From NCBI GenBank assembly GCA_047967505.1, contig CM106538.1: a stretch of DNA of 64,000 bases. One strand, written 5' to 3'. Source of the stretch: Dipteris shenzhenensis (Eukaryota). Positions 39,051-52,860 of the stretch are shown one piece after another; position 1 is the stretch's first letter; each line of letters begins with the position of its first letter. The notes under the pieces were generated by a model. The model had not been told where the DNA came from and ran no database searches. It saw only the letters and a list, made by a program, of their open reading frames with translations. Both the position numbers and the translations under genes were made by a program.

Positions 39051-40198
39051 TCACAAGTCTTGCAGCTGGAAGCAGCCCACAAGCTCATTCCAGCATTCAC
39101 AAATCGATTGGTGCTTGCAGAGTGCATCGCTTCCTTCCATCATCAACCACAAATCATGATTAATGTGATGGTTGACTCCGTTAGCAGATTGTTCGTGCGT
39201 GCCTGTGGTTATCAGATTGCTGCGTCCAATATTGATCTGTTCCTGGGAGTCGTGTGTGCGGAAATTAGCACTGATATTGCTGCCGCAGAACGTTAATTCG
39301 CTAGACGGTTCTGCAATCTGCACCTGCTTAGTTGATGAATCGTTGCTCGTTGCTACCGTTATTTTATTGGTTATGCGATCGATCCACATCGCCCATTCCG
39401 ATTCTATTGAGACTTGATTCACGGTCCTTGCGGAATTAATTGCTTGGGCCTCTTGCGCATTGATCTGGGTGTCCGGAGAGATAGTCGACTCTCCAGAAGT
39501 ACCCTCAGCATCAAAGAACGATGTGAACACAGTTCGCAGCACGGGAATCTTCGCATGACAAACAGGGTTCATCCCTCTGCTGCCATACTCTTCTTTCTCA
39601 ATCGCGCATGGGGTTTCACTCGTAGTTGATTCTGTTTTATCGATGCTAATTGTCGTCCTCTGTTTCTGTTCTCGTCTCCTCATGAAAATGTGCCACATGT
39701 TCTTCACATCGTTGTCTGTTCTCCCCACAAGATGCGCAGCTATCTTGGTCCATCTGTTGTGAGAAAGAACATTTGAGGCGGCGATGTAGTAGTATTCATC
39801 GAGTGTCATCAGTCAAAAGTGGAATCTCATCAATCATAGCAACTACACTCTTCAATACCAATACCTGTTTCCATAGAGTTTTTGCAGCTCATATACATGC
39901 ATCGCTTCCTCCATCGAGAATTTCCCACGCTTTATGCCTGGTCTCAAGTGGTTCATCCAACGTCTCCTACAGCTCTTTCCGCATCTTCCCAGACCTGCTC
40001 AGCATCGCAACTGTAAGCCATTTCCAAAGGAACCTATTCAATCGGCTATGAGAGAGATATATAAATATATCTACCAAGGATCCACTCACCCGCTTGACGA
40101 GCTATGTCGCTCCAAGTGAGGTGGGTTCGCGGCTCGGCCAGGATTCTCAGCAGCTTTTCATCCTCTTCGGGTGACCAAAGAGCTCTAATGCTTACCAT
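39051..40198 (-). CDS. R2R3-MYB transcription factor, 3 exons (40198-40090, 39994-39865, 39753-39051), ~313 aa
   Basis: WSPEEDEKL...[36 protein letters not shown]...[27 protein letters not shown] introns at the usual MYB positions with a 130-bp exon 2; no stops. An extra upstream exon is possible. Confidence 0.92.
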
Positions 40199-41277
40199 TA
40201 CCTATGATCCAATTCAGATGTTGAGTTTAACAGCTATTAATGCATGATCGCGAGCTGCAATATAGCTCAGAGAGACTGATGATATTTTGCTATCTTTACC
40301 AATTCCCACGACGGTCTAGTTCTAGTTCTAGCTTTACTTCGAGACGTGAGCGACTAACCTTTTACGACCGTCAACGAAGATCTCTACGAGGAAGCACACT
40401 AGATTGAATTAGTAGTAGGACTGTGCGTAAACACTGATTGAATATTGTGTTAGGCTTCGCCTTGTGGCTGACGCCGTTCACAAACCGTGAAAACACGCTT
40501 TGGGACAAGGAAGCACTTTCTTCCTGTAGGGATGTTGCGGCGCCAGAACGCCAAAGGCTTGAGACTGTGCGCCTTGTTGCTGTCTTATGATAGGATAGAG
40601 CACGGATCACATTTCAATGGATATCCCTGGACAGTCCATGTATAATTTGTAAACCCATGTCACAGATCATCAGGGTTCAGAAATATCGAGTCAGGAAAGA
40701 GTTTTCCGGTCATGAGATGTCTGGTGGATGTTTGGCCAATTCACAGAAAGCCAGTGGTCTTGCTGCTTCAATGCACGGACTGATGTGAATGCACAACAAA
40801 CTATTAATGTGGACGTATAATGTATAAGGTGCAAAATTGTGCAATCCAGCGTCCAGGTGCTAGGACCGGGCTGGATTACGATGAAGAGCCGGCTTCACGA
40901 ATAGCAGTTTGAAACTCGCATCACCCCGGCCGCTGGCTCAAACCTCAGTCTTTGCTCGATCCATTTTTCACGCAAACATGCTGATTTCAACAATAACGAC
41001 GTGCAATCTATCTGTGCTTTCGACAAGGCAATCTGAGTCCAATCATTGTCGTTGTCATAGTTTCTGCCAGAGATTCGTCGAGCAAAAGCATCAGAGATTC
41101 AGAGGTTGCAAATCTTTGACTGAAAAAATATGATTCGAATGGATTAGACTGTATAAGTTGATTCTTCAAATGGTTGAGAAATTGTTTTCATAGACCTCGG
41201 GAATGATTTGCAATAATTGACAACGTGAGATGACAACCTCAGCAGCGATGGACAACGACCGACGGACAACGACGAAG

Positions 41278-44200
41278 ATGGACAGAGCGGGAGATTCTAG
41301 GTAAGGTTTTTTTAATGTAGCTTTTTTTTTTTGCGAAAATTTATTTAAATTTTATTTTATAGGAATATCTAATTCAATTATAAAATATTTCAAAATTTCA
41401 AATGCATTTTAAAGTTTTTTTTAATTACGTAAGTTTTTATTTAAAATGTGAAAATGTATATATTTTGTTTTTTAAAATCATCTATTGAAAAAAAAAGAGA
41501 TTAAAGTAGTTTTTATGTTATTTTTCAAATTAGTGCTATTTTTATTTAAATAAAAAAACGTTTAAATTTTATTTTTAAAAATCATCTTTTAAAAAAAAAG
41601 AAAATAAGAGTTTAAGGTAGCTTTTATGTTATTTAAGTTAGTGAAGTTTTTATTTAAATGTCACAAAGTATATATTTTGTTTTTTAAAATCATCTATAAA
41701 AAAAAAGAGAGATTAAAGTAGTTTTTATGTTATTTTTTAAATTAGTGAAGTTTTGAATTAAATATAAAAAATTTTAAATTTTGTTTTTAGAAATCATCTA
41801 TTAAAAAAAAGAAAATAAGTGTTTAAAGTAGCTTTTATATTATTTTTCAAGTTAGTGAAGTTTTTATTTAAATGTCAAAACGTATATATTTTGTTTTTTA
41901 AAATCATCTATTTCGTTTATTTTAAAAAAGAGATTAAAGTAGTTTTTATATTATTTTTCAAATTAGGGAAGTGTAGCATCTTTAACACAAAGTTTGAAAT
42001 TTCTTTGAAAATGAAATAAGACCAAGGATGTACATCTAAATCCCTTTTTCAATAACACCATTAAATAACTATTGTGTGTGCATCTTGCATCGAAGAGTGG
42101 AGCAACTTAGAGCATGTAGGGAGTGCATGTGTTGCATTTGCAACATAGTACTATTGTAGGCATAGCCACACATTTGGCCCATCTACCGTTAGGTGCATAA
42201 GATGATCCCAATGACATCCTACCTCATCAAGGAGTATGTGACTAAGTGTAATCAATCAAACAAATAGGAGAGAGTAGGTCATGTGGCTAGCAATCCCTTT
42301 AGGTGGCACGTGAAACTATAGAAATAGGGAACTAGGGAAGGTTGTAGATCTATGTATGGATATAGTTACATAGACAAATACAAAGACTTATGTGATTCCA
42401 TGAAACCTTGTCATGAGCTTTTGCAAAAATTCAATCAAAATTGGTTAGCTAAAAGTTTTCATTACGTAAATAGATTATTAAGTCCCATTGAATAGAATAT
42501 TATTTTCATTACCCAAATAGAATATTAATTTCCATGTGTTTTTTTTGTGCATGCGCTAGCCAGCGCACAGGTTCTGGCACCACTGTTCGTATGCAAATAG
42601 CGATTTTGAGAGCTGAGATGAGGGCACTACAGGATGCTAGGGCACCCCCTCACTTGGTTGCGAGTCTAGATTCAGTCATTGATGCTCTAGGTCGATTAGA
42701 CATAGTTGAGGACATTTTGGATACCTTTCAGGCACAGGCTGAGGCAGAGATCACTAGTCATGGCTTGGATTGGAGAGCCATTCGAGAGTTGTTTAATTTG
42801 AGCGTGAGTCACCTCACAGGTAGGCCTTAGAGGATATGCTTTGGGATGGTCACACTGAGGCGATGTGACCATGATCAGGGTTGCCCTTTTATATTTTACG
42901 TTGTAGGCACCCCGTCATAGCAGCACACATTTATCCGAGATATCTCGCTACGAATGGTGGTCGATTGCCTCACAACCGTCAAATAGCCAGGTCATTTGCC
43001 ATGCAGCTATACGCCGAGTTTGTGCTTGGTCATCGGGTAAACTACCTTAGTACCCGTCTAGGATCAGGAGCGGGACATGGTAGGATGGGCCGTCAGGAGT
43101 GTCAGATTACAGGTGTTTGGCGTCGATGCAAGGCACCAGAGCTGCACACTATCCCTGCACCAGCATTGGGAGCTGTTGGAGGACAGATTAGGGGGGATGT
43201 TCATTCAGTGGCCTCATCCTTGCACGACATGGTCTCTGCCCTATCGAGATCACTTTCGATTCCACCTCCCACATCTATGGAGCCTCCCACATCTACACCA
43301 CCTCCGACATCTACACCGCCTCAGCATGAGTTGGAGACTCGAGATGCACAAATTGCAGAGTTGGAGGCATTGTTGGCCGAGTCTAGAGACGAGGTTGGTT
43401 ATTCTGATTATTTTAGTTTATTTTTTTGTTGCGTGTTTTGAACTGAAGTTTTTTGGTTAATTCTCACCATGTATGTGACATGTTTGCATTGCAGGCACAT
43501 CTATTGCGACATGATATGGAGTCTCATGTACGACTGTTAGAGGCAAATTCAGAGGAGCAAAGGATTCGGACACGCATAGCCTACCATCGAGCGGAGCACT
43601 ATATTTTGTAATTGAGACATATTAGTCATGATCCATCTCGCCATAGGATCGACCCCAGTGTGGCCCTGTACCCCGCTCCTCCTATAGATGTGCCAACTAG
43701 GATACCCATAGATGCACCAATCATAGCCAGACTTCCTACCACCACTTGCCTCCTTTGCCATGAGGATTTTGACACCGTAGGGTGGTTTGGACCAAGGTGC
43801 GGCCACATCGCACATCTCCATTGCATGACCCACCACATGGTGGCATGATCAGTGTGCCCTGTATGCTTTGCTGACATTGATGTGGCCACATATAGAGGAC
43901 TAGGCATGGATGATCTGTATCCTAGTCATCGTCAGGCCATTGATCCTTTTTCCCATGTGGTCTTGACAGAGCACTACAGGGAGGAGGCACAGAGAGCTTT
44001 GCTGCAGCAAGAGGGTGCTGATACGTCAGTGGTTGCAGTGTGTGTTCCACGATGCTTCTCATATGGTGATTTCATGCCAGGTGACGAGGCACGAGCAGAG
44101 GAGGCATGTCATATTGAGCGAGAGGCAGAGCTTCAAATATCATTGCAGCAGTGGGTGGAGCAGCAGCTTGGGCGGAGTGTCTTCTACATGTAGAGACAAT

Positions 44201-44495
44201 TACTCGCGCTGGATTTGAGGCACGAGTATTCGCAAATGCACGACTTTGGGAGCTGAGGCGCGCATACATAGAGGAGGTGAGGGAGGCAGAGATGGAATCA
44301 GTGGCTCATGCAGCATGCCCTCCTCTTCATCAGGATGAGGCTGGCCCATCTCATGCAGGAGATGAGGTTGGCCCATCTGATCCGGCTTTGCCTGAGGGCA
44401 CACAGCGGACGGTTGGGTAGCGGGTCGTACAGGAGCCACGTCAGAGGATGACTAGAGGATCATATGTGGAGTTATCAGATTCTGATTCAGGATGA
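41278..44495 (+). pseudogene. TE accessory gene with coiled-coil and RING-H2 finger
   Basis: Exon 41278-41300 splices in phase to 42560; second intron ~43394-43494; CLLC-x13-CGHIAHLHC-x10-CPVC at ~43747-43866; stops and frameshifts. Confidence 0.65.
41400..41970. repeat. AT-rich ~100-110-bp tandem repeat inside an intron
   Basis: Recurring GTAGTTTTTATGTTATTTTT..AAATTAGTG and TTTAAAATCATCTA units, about 5 copies. Confidence 0.85.
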
Positions 44496-44816
44496 TTGTT
44501 TAGGCTTCACACATCTCTTGTTTAGGGATGCACTTTTGCACGATGATGATGATGATGTACACATTCATTTTGGTACTTTCATGATATTGTTCTTACTTTT
44601 ATGATGTATGAGCATTTTGGTACTTTCATGATGTTATTCTTACTTTGTTTAGCTCAGTTTATAGCTTGTTCAAATCTAACATAAACATTTAAAATTAGGA
44701 GTATGATTTTGAATTTCAGATATCTCAATTCACACATCTAATACATAAGGTATTTTAAAAATAATGCCATGTGAAGTGATTGTGAACATTAAGCATTGAA
44801 AAGGTGTTCAAGTATA

Positions 44817-44851
<35 letters not shown>

Positions 44852-44971
44852 ATGGTACGGTCACACAGTGAGCCTATACATATCGAATACAAAAATATGT
44901 AATCAACTAGTGATACCCAAAAAAAATCTATCTGATCAACTGATGATCCCAAAACTATGATATGTAATGAG

Positions 44972-47394
44972 CTACTCCTCAGGATCGGCTCTCATGCCAA
45001 TAGTTGCAAGTATGCTCTCGTGATCCTCCACTACAAGGCACCATCATGGAGTGGACGTCGCCTTGTGAGTGTGAACACGACTCAAAGTAATCTTGATCGC
45101 AACAACAAGATGATAATACATGTATGCCTCTTGATCTGCCATCATGTACTCCTGGAACTCAATATAGTGACCACGCCTCTGTATCTGCTGAAAATAGTAG
45201 CCACCTACGATCATGCTATGAGCATTGAAGTGCGTCCCATGCCCATCCACTGTATCCTCATTCAGCACACTCTTCACCGTAGAGCATCGCAACAAGTAAT
45301 AATCCACACCTCCTTATTGCCCTCCGAAGCAATGACTGCGAAGATATCACCAATCTCCAGGCGGTCAGTCATCATATGTAACCTTGTCACGTGAGTTCAA
45401 CAGAAGGATATTTTTAATATCTAAATTTTACAGAAATTAATTTACATAAGGGAGTTTTTAAATGATTTTGGAAAAATTTTACAGATTTATATAGAAAAAA
45501 TGGAAATCAAGAGTGCCAAATGCTGAACGCGACAATCAAAAGGCCTAGACTGATCAAGACTCCCAATGTCCATGCACCAAAAATACCGGCTCACCATCCT
45601 ATCACCACGCGACTGAAAGGAGGACATAGCACTAGTGGATAAGTGCTGGTTGCACCACCGCACCACATCATGTGCATCCTTGAAGCGATCAACACTATGA
45701 TGATGCAACTGGTATCGATGCAAAGCACGCTTCACGCAAGCACCTGCACCATCGTGCTCTCCCTTACCATGCCCTGTCTCGAAGTAGCTCCATGTGATCA
45801 GAATGCCTATCTCACGGTGCCATCTATAGAACTAATAAAACTGTCTAGCAGATTTGAACTGACCACCACAGCCATCTGACCAGATCCAGCGCCACTGCCA
45901 TGTGACACCATGATCCCTCAAGAAACTATCATGCAAAGTGAAGCAATGCTGCACAAAATGGGCATCATGCGATCGATCATCACTAATGTAGAAGTGATAC
46001 TCTCGCACAATGACACGTGAGTCCATGGTGCTATCAATGCCATCCACATGAGCCTGTGCATGACGATAGCTAATGTGCACAAATATAGCAACCTGCAATA
46101 TGGCATTGAAAAAAAATATGACTATTAAAATAATTCAATATAATGAGGCCATAAAAAAACCAATAACTCAATCACACATCACCTGTTCCGAGAAATAATA
46201 CTCCGATTGGATCTCATGCTGTGCTGCAAAGGTATAATTCTCCGCAAAGTCCAGCACTGAGACAACCACCCCTATAGGAAATGTCCTCAAACATGCACGA
46301 AACTGACGATCCTCCCACTTCACAACGTGCGAGTGGCGTATGTAGTAGTACAGCTTCCCTCGAAAACTGTCAATGAATACAACACGTGGTGTCTCCTTCC
46401 CCACAAGCTGCAACCTCCGCGACTGTGCACCACCATCTAATGTCAGGGTACTGTACTCGTACTGCTGCCAATGAACCATCTGCATGCCACAAGTATCTAG
46501 TGCAACTCGTGGCACTCTAGCAAAGTCACCACGCAAAGTACACCTACCTTCCACACAATCAAGGGAGTGGAATAAAGCATCGCCATTTCGTGTACATATG
46601 GAATGAATGAAGTCGCGAGGGCTAGTAGGAACCACTCCCCTATGACCATCAAGGGAACGGAATACGTCATACATCAATCCAAAATCCTCATGGTAGCGAC
46701 AACAACATGTGCCACGCTCCTGAGAGCATCGCACAAACCATGGCCTGCATCGCTCAAATGACCTCTGCCCAATCCTGAACTTCGGGTGTGCCTCTACAAA
46801 CTGAGTGTACAACTCAGTCTAGGTACACTCCAAAAAACATGCACCATGCTCAATGTACACACCGCGTGACACCCTCTTCCACAATGCCTTCTTGAACACC
46901 GGGGATGCTCTGCAATGCTCCTCCCAAAGCTGTTGTATGAAGGACCTAGTGGAATCATCCAACAATCGATCGCTACGAGGTGCACGACCACTCGAAGCCC
47001 AAAGAGAATCAGTCTCACTATCCTCTAGACTCTGCCTCCTAATCATGCCTGCTCGCAATGTGCATGGTGTACTCTAAAGAAGACGTGAAGCGATACACAC
47101 ATGGCCTATCATATGAGGTCTACTAATGGCAGCCACAATAGCACGACGTGCTGCCAAGGTATCACTGGAGTTCTTATGATTAATAGAAGCATAGGAACAT
47201 CGAACATTGCTAAGGACCTTGCTACATACAACCCTATCTCTACGTGCACCAAGACCAGCAGGCCTCCTACACTCTACCAAGTCAGGGTGATCAATCAGGG
47301 ACATGAGAAGAGCAGACTGTGAAGCTGGTATGAGGTCACTAAAAAAAGACTGCACGATCTTGCTAGTATGACGATGGATAGTGGACTTCGGCAA
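44972..47394 (-). pseudogene. DFAENY/SDG/HGKG-type DDD transposase (probably Sola2-like), copy A
   Basis: CCCRYH, VSVLDFAENY, HFYISDD, WIWSDGCGGQFKS, GHGKGEHDGAG; intron 46182-46093; interrupted by a MITE remnant. Confidence 0.8.
45355..45500 (+). mobile_element. Truncated, diverged MITE copy
   Basis: GGTCAGTCATCATATGTAACCTTGTCACGTGAGTTCAACAGAAGGATA matches the MITE 5' half; right TIR missing. Confidence 0.85.
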
Positions 47395-48399
47395 GTCACA
47401 TCGTGAAGCAACACTGCTGCTGCAAGGTGGGGCAAGGGGATCAATGGTGGGAGATGGTAGGGTGGAGGGGGGAAGGGAGGTGCCAAGGGGAAGGGGGGGA
47501 GGGGGAGGGGGAGGGGGACGGGGGAGGGTGGAGGGGGAAGATGTAGAGGTGGAGGGAAAAATGTAGGTGGCTCTATAGGATATAGCAGTTTATTCAAAAA
47601 CATCAAAATTTTGTTCTATACATACGTGCAACCAAGTAATCATTCAAAAGTACACTAAGTGAGCTTCTCCTCAACCCAAGGACACACCTAAATGAGAACA
47701 TTAGGCATGGGTAAACGGGCCTCCAATGTTGTGCTAAAGTGATGCATACCCATTTCAGGGCACGCTCCATAACTTTTTTTAATTTGTTGAAAATCAAAAC
47801 GAATTGAAAATTTGGAATCCAAACTAGTGGGACTACTGCATGGTGGTCTTAAAACATTGATAGTTGTTGGTATTGGTATCTAGAGTCACCTTAAAATGGA
47901 AGAAGTTGGAAAAGTGCAATTTGTGCATGTGAAAAGATATAAATCCAACACTATTTACAATTTTGAATTTTTCCATGCACTTGCTTGCTATATGGCTCAT
48001 AAGCATGCCAAAGTTCATTGCATTTAATAATACACAGCATCAAACTTGATAGCGTGCCCTTTGTCCTATTTGTGCTTTGAAGCATTTTAGGCCACATTGC
48101 ACTTGTTTGGGATATCCAATTCTGCTGACATGTATCATTGGAGGGGGGGGAACCTGAAATTTTGCTACTCTAGAGAATTTCAAATTTTCACACCTTTTGC
48201 CCATCAAACCATGGAAGATTAAGTACGTGCAATCTACCCCCACCCTACAAATGCCCTGCAACCCACATGCACCTCGACGTGACTTTATGAAGACTTTGGT
48301 TTGCCATTGTCTTCTTTCGGGTAAGTTGTCTTCTATTCTTTGCTTGCCTCACCAGCTATGTTCTCTAGGTCTATTTTGGACCGATCGTGGCCATAGGTT

Positions 48400-51300
48400 C
48401 AATGGCAACATGCAACTCAATGTGGCTTGCAAGAGAAGAAGACAGAGGCTACGAGACATGAAAGCTGAAAAGCCAGGTCAAGGCACAAGGAATAGAGTGC
48501 GGGTCGAGGAGGGCACTAGCATTGTATCGAATCGGCAACAGAAGACACTTTTACAACATCTGCGAAGGTAGAAAAAATGAGAAAAAAGAAGACACCTTAC
48601 AGAGCAGCAGCAATAAGCAGTTGTAGATGCATGCATTCTATCATTGCCATTGGAGCAAAGAACATGAGCTGTGGTGTCACGATTGGTGGGAGCATTTGAG
48701 GCAGCAAAATCAGGCCATTTAGGCAATTACCAGTCTCGAGTCTTTACAAGCTTGAGCCTGCACCCTAAAGTTCGTAGAGTAACAACCCTACCAACACCTT
48801 GGGAGATGCATGCCCAAGAGACGATGCTCTCTAACCTGAGAAATGGCCTATAGGAGGCCTATAGAAAGTGAAAGGGGTGCACAGCTTAGATCAACTAGCT
48901 GCAAAGAGGGCGACATTAGCTATGTTGGTGTCCCTGAAACAAAGGAGAAATGGCTTGGGCATACAATGTCAAAGATGTCGTCAATCAGAAGGACCAACGT
49001 GGCTCTAGTGGTTGAACATAGAGCAGAAGGAATGCACGATAATCCCGATCCAAAAGTCTGTGGGCTTCAACAAAATGCAAGAAAAGGAGAGATTGCCTAA
49101 GTGCAAAAGTCATTGCTACAGTGATGATGTTTTGGCATGAAAATACGAGAGTTTCTCCGAATAGAAAGGACATCTATAAGAAGCGGACAAGATGCAAGGT
49201 GTTTGAGGAGCACATCATACACATGCTAGATACAACACAGGTCTGTGGTACTTAAACCAGCCCGATGGTTGTTTGTGATTGAGCTTTGGGATAGTTTAGT
49301 TGTTTCATTTCTTAAACTAGGATTAGACTAGATGTGATTGTCCTAAACCAGCCCAGTGGTTGGAACATCATGCCACCATAGGCTAGTTCAGCTCAATCGC
49401 TAGTTATGTGATTGCCTTGAACCACTGTAGTTGAACACATTAGTCGTTGTCCAGTCCGGTGGTGTGGTTGAGCAAAAATGAACAAAAATATATTTTGCAA
49501 TATATTGTTATTTTACTAAACCAACCCGATGGTTGGAACATCATGCAACCGTGGCTGCTTTAGGTCAATCACCAGTTATGTGATTGTCTTGAACTAGCGT
49601 GGTTGAACAAACATTAGTTATTAACCAACCCGGTGGTCGAAATCATTGTGTTTCTTAGTACTTAAATTTGTTAAATTTAATTTTCTACTATTCAGGTCAT
49701 ACCCCACTATTTCTAGACCAGGATGGCTTGGACTTAATGTGATTATCCTAAACCAGGCTAGTGCCGGTTCATGACAAACAACAAGCAGTTACTGACATAA
49801 ATTGTGATTGAAATTGTGAAATTCAAAAATGAAAAGCAATATATTTTTATTTTCTAATGGTGAAATTTAGAAGTGAAAACCAATATACTTGTTATTGTCT
49901 AATATGTGAAGTTGAGACTGTCAAGCTAAACTAGCCTAGTGGTTGAAATTGTGACAGCGTCTTGAACCATCCCGATGGTTGAAATTGCGACTGTCCTAAA
50001 TGTATCCTAAACCAACCCGGTGATTGAAATTTTGATAGTCCTAAACCACCATAGTTAAACCACCACGGTGGTTGAAAATTGTTTTGCTTCATTATAAACT
50101 TTAATTAGACTATGTTTTGTCTTCTTTTAGTAGTAGCAAATAGGGGGCTCACTGTTCTGTTGTTCCCGCATGTTGGGTCAGCAGATGGAGTTGTATCTCA
50201 AGTTTATGGATCAGAATTCGTACATTTCAATTGGGCGGAGGAGCTTTGAGCATTGTAAGCCCTGGTACGTTAGGAAACTCAAAGATAGGAATGTTTGTTG
50301 TTGCAAAAAACACATAGACTTTGACCTGGCCTAGCAAGCTATGAATGACTTGAGATCTAGTCGTCTTGGAGCATTGCTCCATGGTGATCGATGTCCATTC
50401 CTCCCCGTTGAATGCGCAGTCTGTAGGCCACCTAAATCATCATCGTGTGTTGCAAGGGAGGGTAGGTTTTGTAGCCTAAGGTCTCTATGGGAGCCAATGG
50501 TTTGTCCAAAGGGAGACCATGAGTGGCACAGGATTGAATGCATTCACGGCACATGCAAGCATTGCAACTTGAAGCTGAAGAAGAAGACATTCAATGTCTG
50601 TCCACATGAAATGAGGAAAGACAACCATGTTGCTCTAAAATGAAGGAGATTTGAAAATGTCAATGTTGAAGGATCTAATAAAAAGAGATGGCTGCTATCA
50701 TATAAGAGCACCCAACCAAGGGAGCTTGTAGGTCACGTGGTCCAATCCATCCCAAAATATGTGCTTCATAATTTCACGACCAACTGGCAGGATAAGTAGT
50801 TCAGGACATCCCTTGCCAATTTTCCCCGTGACACTATTGTATCTGTCATAGATTTTGCTGAAAATTATTCATTTCAAGAACAAGATGAGATACAAAGTGC
50901 TCACTGGTACAACAAGCAGATAACTCTTCTTGTGCATATCATGTATAGTCATTTGCTTGATTCTTCCATGCCTGATGCCAATTTGCTTGCTGACTCACAG
51001 GAGTTTAGGTCAATGCAACGCACGTACCATTTCTACATTTCAGATGATAGGGAACATGAAACCTTATTTGTGCAGCACACTTTTCTACTACATTGAGAAT
51101 GGATTAAAAAACAAAATCCCCATGCAGAAAATATAAAACAACATTGGGTGTGGTCAGATGTTGCTGCCTCTAAAATTAAATCAGCCCGTGGATTCTACTT
51201 CGTCTCAAGGTTCAAATCCCTGATTGGTCTAGACATGATGTGGAATTCCTTTGGGTCTAGCCATGGCAAGGGTGAACATGATGGATGTGGTGTTGTTATT

Positions 51301-52139
51301 AAGCAAGCTCTGTTTAAACACCAATTGGCATGCCCTCAAGAAAAACTCAATGATGCCCATGACGCTATAACATGGCTTACAACCAACCTCTCCACAGGTG
51401 TGCATTCCACATACAGTAAATAAAGCCTTAAGAATACTATAGTATGCAGAGTGTTCCATGAAGTGAAAGTGGATGAAGTGCAAAGGAGAAGCCGGCACGA
51501 TTGCGAGAAAATTAAAGGAGTTCGTGGTCTGCACAGCATATGGGGCTTTTCAAACAACCAACTGATTAAAACAAAAAAACTTTCTTATTTTTGTAGCGCG
51601 TGCATTGTAGGGGATCATGACGATTGTGAGAACATTGCAACTGTGAAGACATGGGAGCGAGTTCAAGTTTTTACTCTATGTTCAAATGGAGTGACAAACA
51701 ATGGAGAGACAAATGACTCGCCACAGTTGGGGGAGGGTTTAAATGACCTCACTGGCTGTCTAGAAGAGGGGGATAACTTTGTAGTTGTCACAGCATCTAG
51801 GGAGAACGAGGAAGATGACCCATACTTTCTATTCCAGTGCACAAAACCTAAGCACAAGGTTGAGGAAACATTTAAGGATAATTGGGGAACAACGTACACG
51901 AGAAGTGGGATGTAGTAGTTGGATCTTTTTGGTACAAAAAAACATCCAAGAGAGGCTGCAATTATGAAATGCTACATAAGAGTCCACAAACATGTGTGTA
52001 CTCTCAGTTAGTAAGAGCTATTAAGTTCCAAATGCAACCTGTGTCACAACGAAAGAAGGGCAAGAGTGTCTTCAAATTGGATTTAGACATGCATGAGAAC
52101 ATCTTGGGGTGTCTTGGAGTGGTGGATGAGGACGACTGA
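48400..52139 (+). pseudogene. DFAENY/SDG/HGKG-type DDD transposase (probably Sola2-like), copy B
   Basis: FWHENTRVSP, CCCKKH, VSVIDFAENY, HFYISDD, WVWSDVAASKIKS, SHGKGEHDG, FCSACI; intron 49241-50184; start position approximate. Confidence 0.8.
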
Positions 52140-52299
52140 GATAGTACTAAGAAAATGTATGTAGTCTCATTGCAAGGAAACAATACGTCCACTTGTCCTA
52201 GAAAATGGAATTTGTATTTGAGACTATGCTTTCTTTTAGTATATCCCAAACAACCACCATGCTGGTTTTATTAAATTGTTTTTGTAAATCCCAAACGGT

Positions 52300-52860
52300 A
52301 AATCCCATGCTTGTTTTTAGTATATCCCAACAACCACCGCGCTGGTTTCCTATAACAAATCCACACATCCTACAAATCCATTCATCTTGTACTAATAGAA
52401 GCAAACCACCGTACTAGTGGCTGTTAATATCCTAGTGCAACCAACCACCGCACTGGCGATAACTTATCCTGCACTACTACCATGCTATCCGTGCACTACT
52501 GCCATACTATTCTAAAATTTGTTGCACAGTGCTATACTAAAACAGTCCCCTTTAAACTATTTATCATTTTGTTAACCATTAAATTTCATCCCATGCTTGT
52601 TTTTAGTATATCCCAACAACCACCGTGTTGGTTTCCCATAACGAATCCACAAATCCTACAAATCCATTCATCTTGCAATAATAGGAGTAAACCACCGCGC
52701 TCGTGGCTATTAATATCCTAGTGCAACCAACCACCATGCTAGCAATAACTTATCTTGCACTACTACCGTGCTATCCCTACACTACTGCCGTGCTATCCTA
52801 AAATTTATTGCATAGTGCTATACTAAAACAATGCCCTTTAGACTCGTTATCATTAACTAT
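52300..52860. repeat. ~285-bp tandem duplication carrying CAACCACCGYGCTGGTT motifs
   Basis: ATCCCATGCTTGTTTTTAGTATATCCCAACAACCACCG begins at ~52303 and again at ~52588. Confidence 0.85.

Noticed and set aside
39051-40198. DUO1 assignment from GRTDNDVKN
   Set aside because: It lacks the extra residue in the R2-R3 linker (reads KRGKF) and has the standard intron pattern; no gene symbol given
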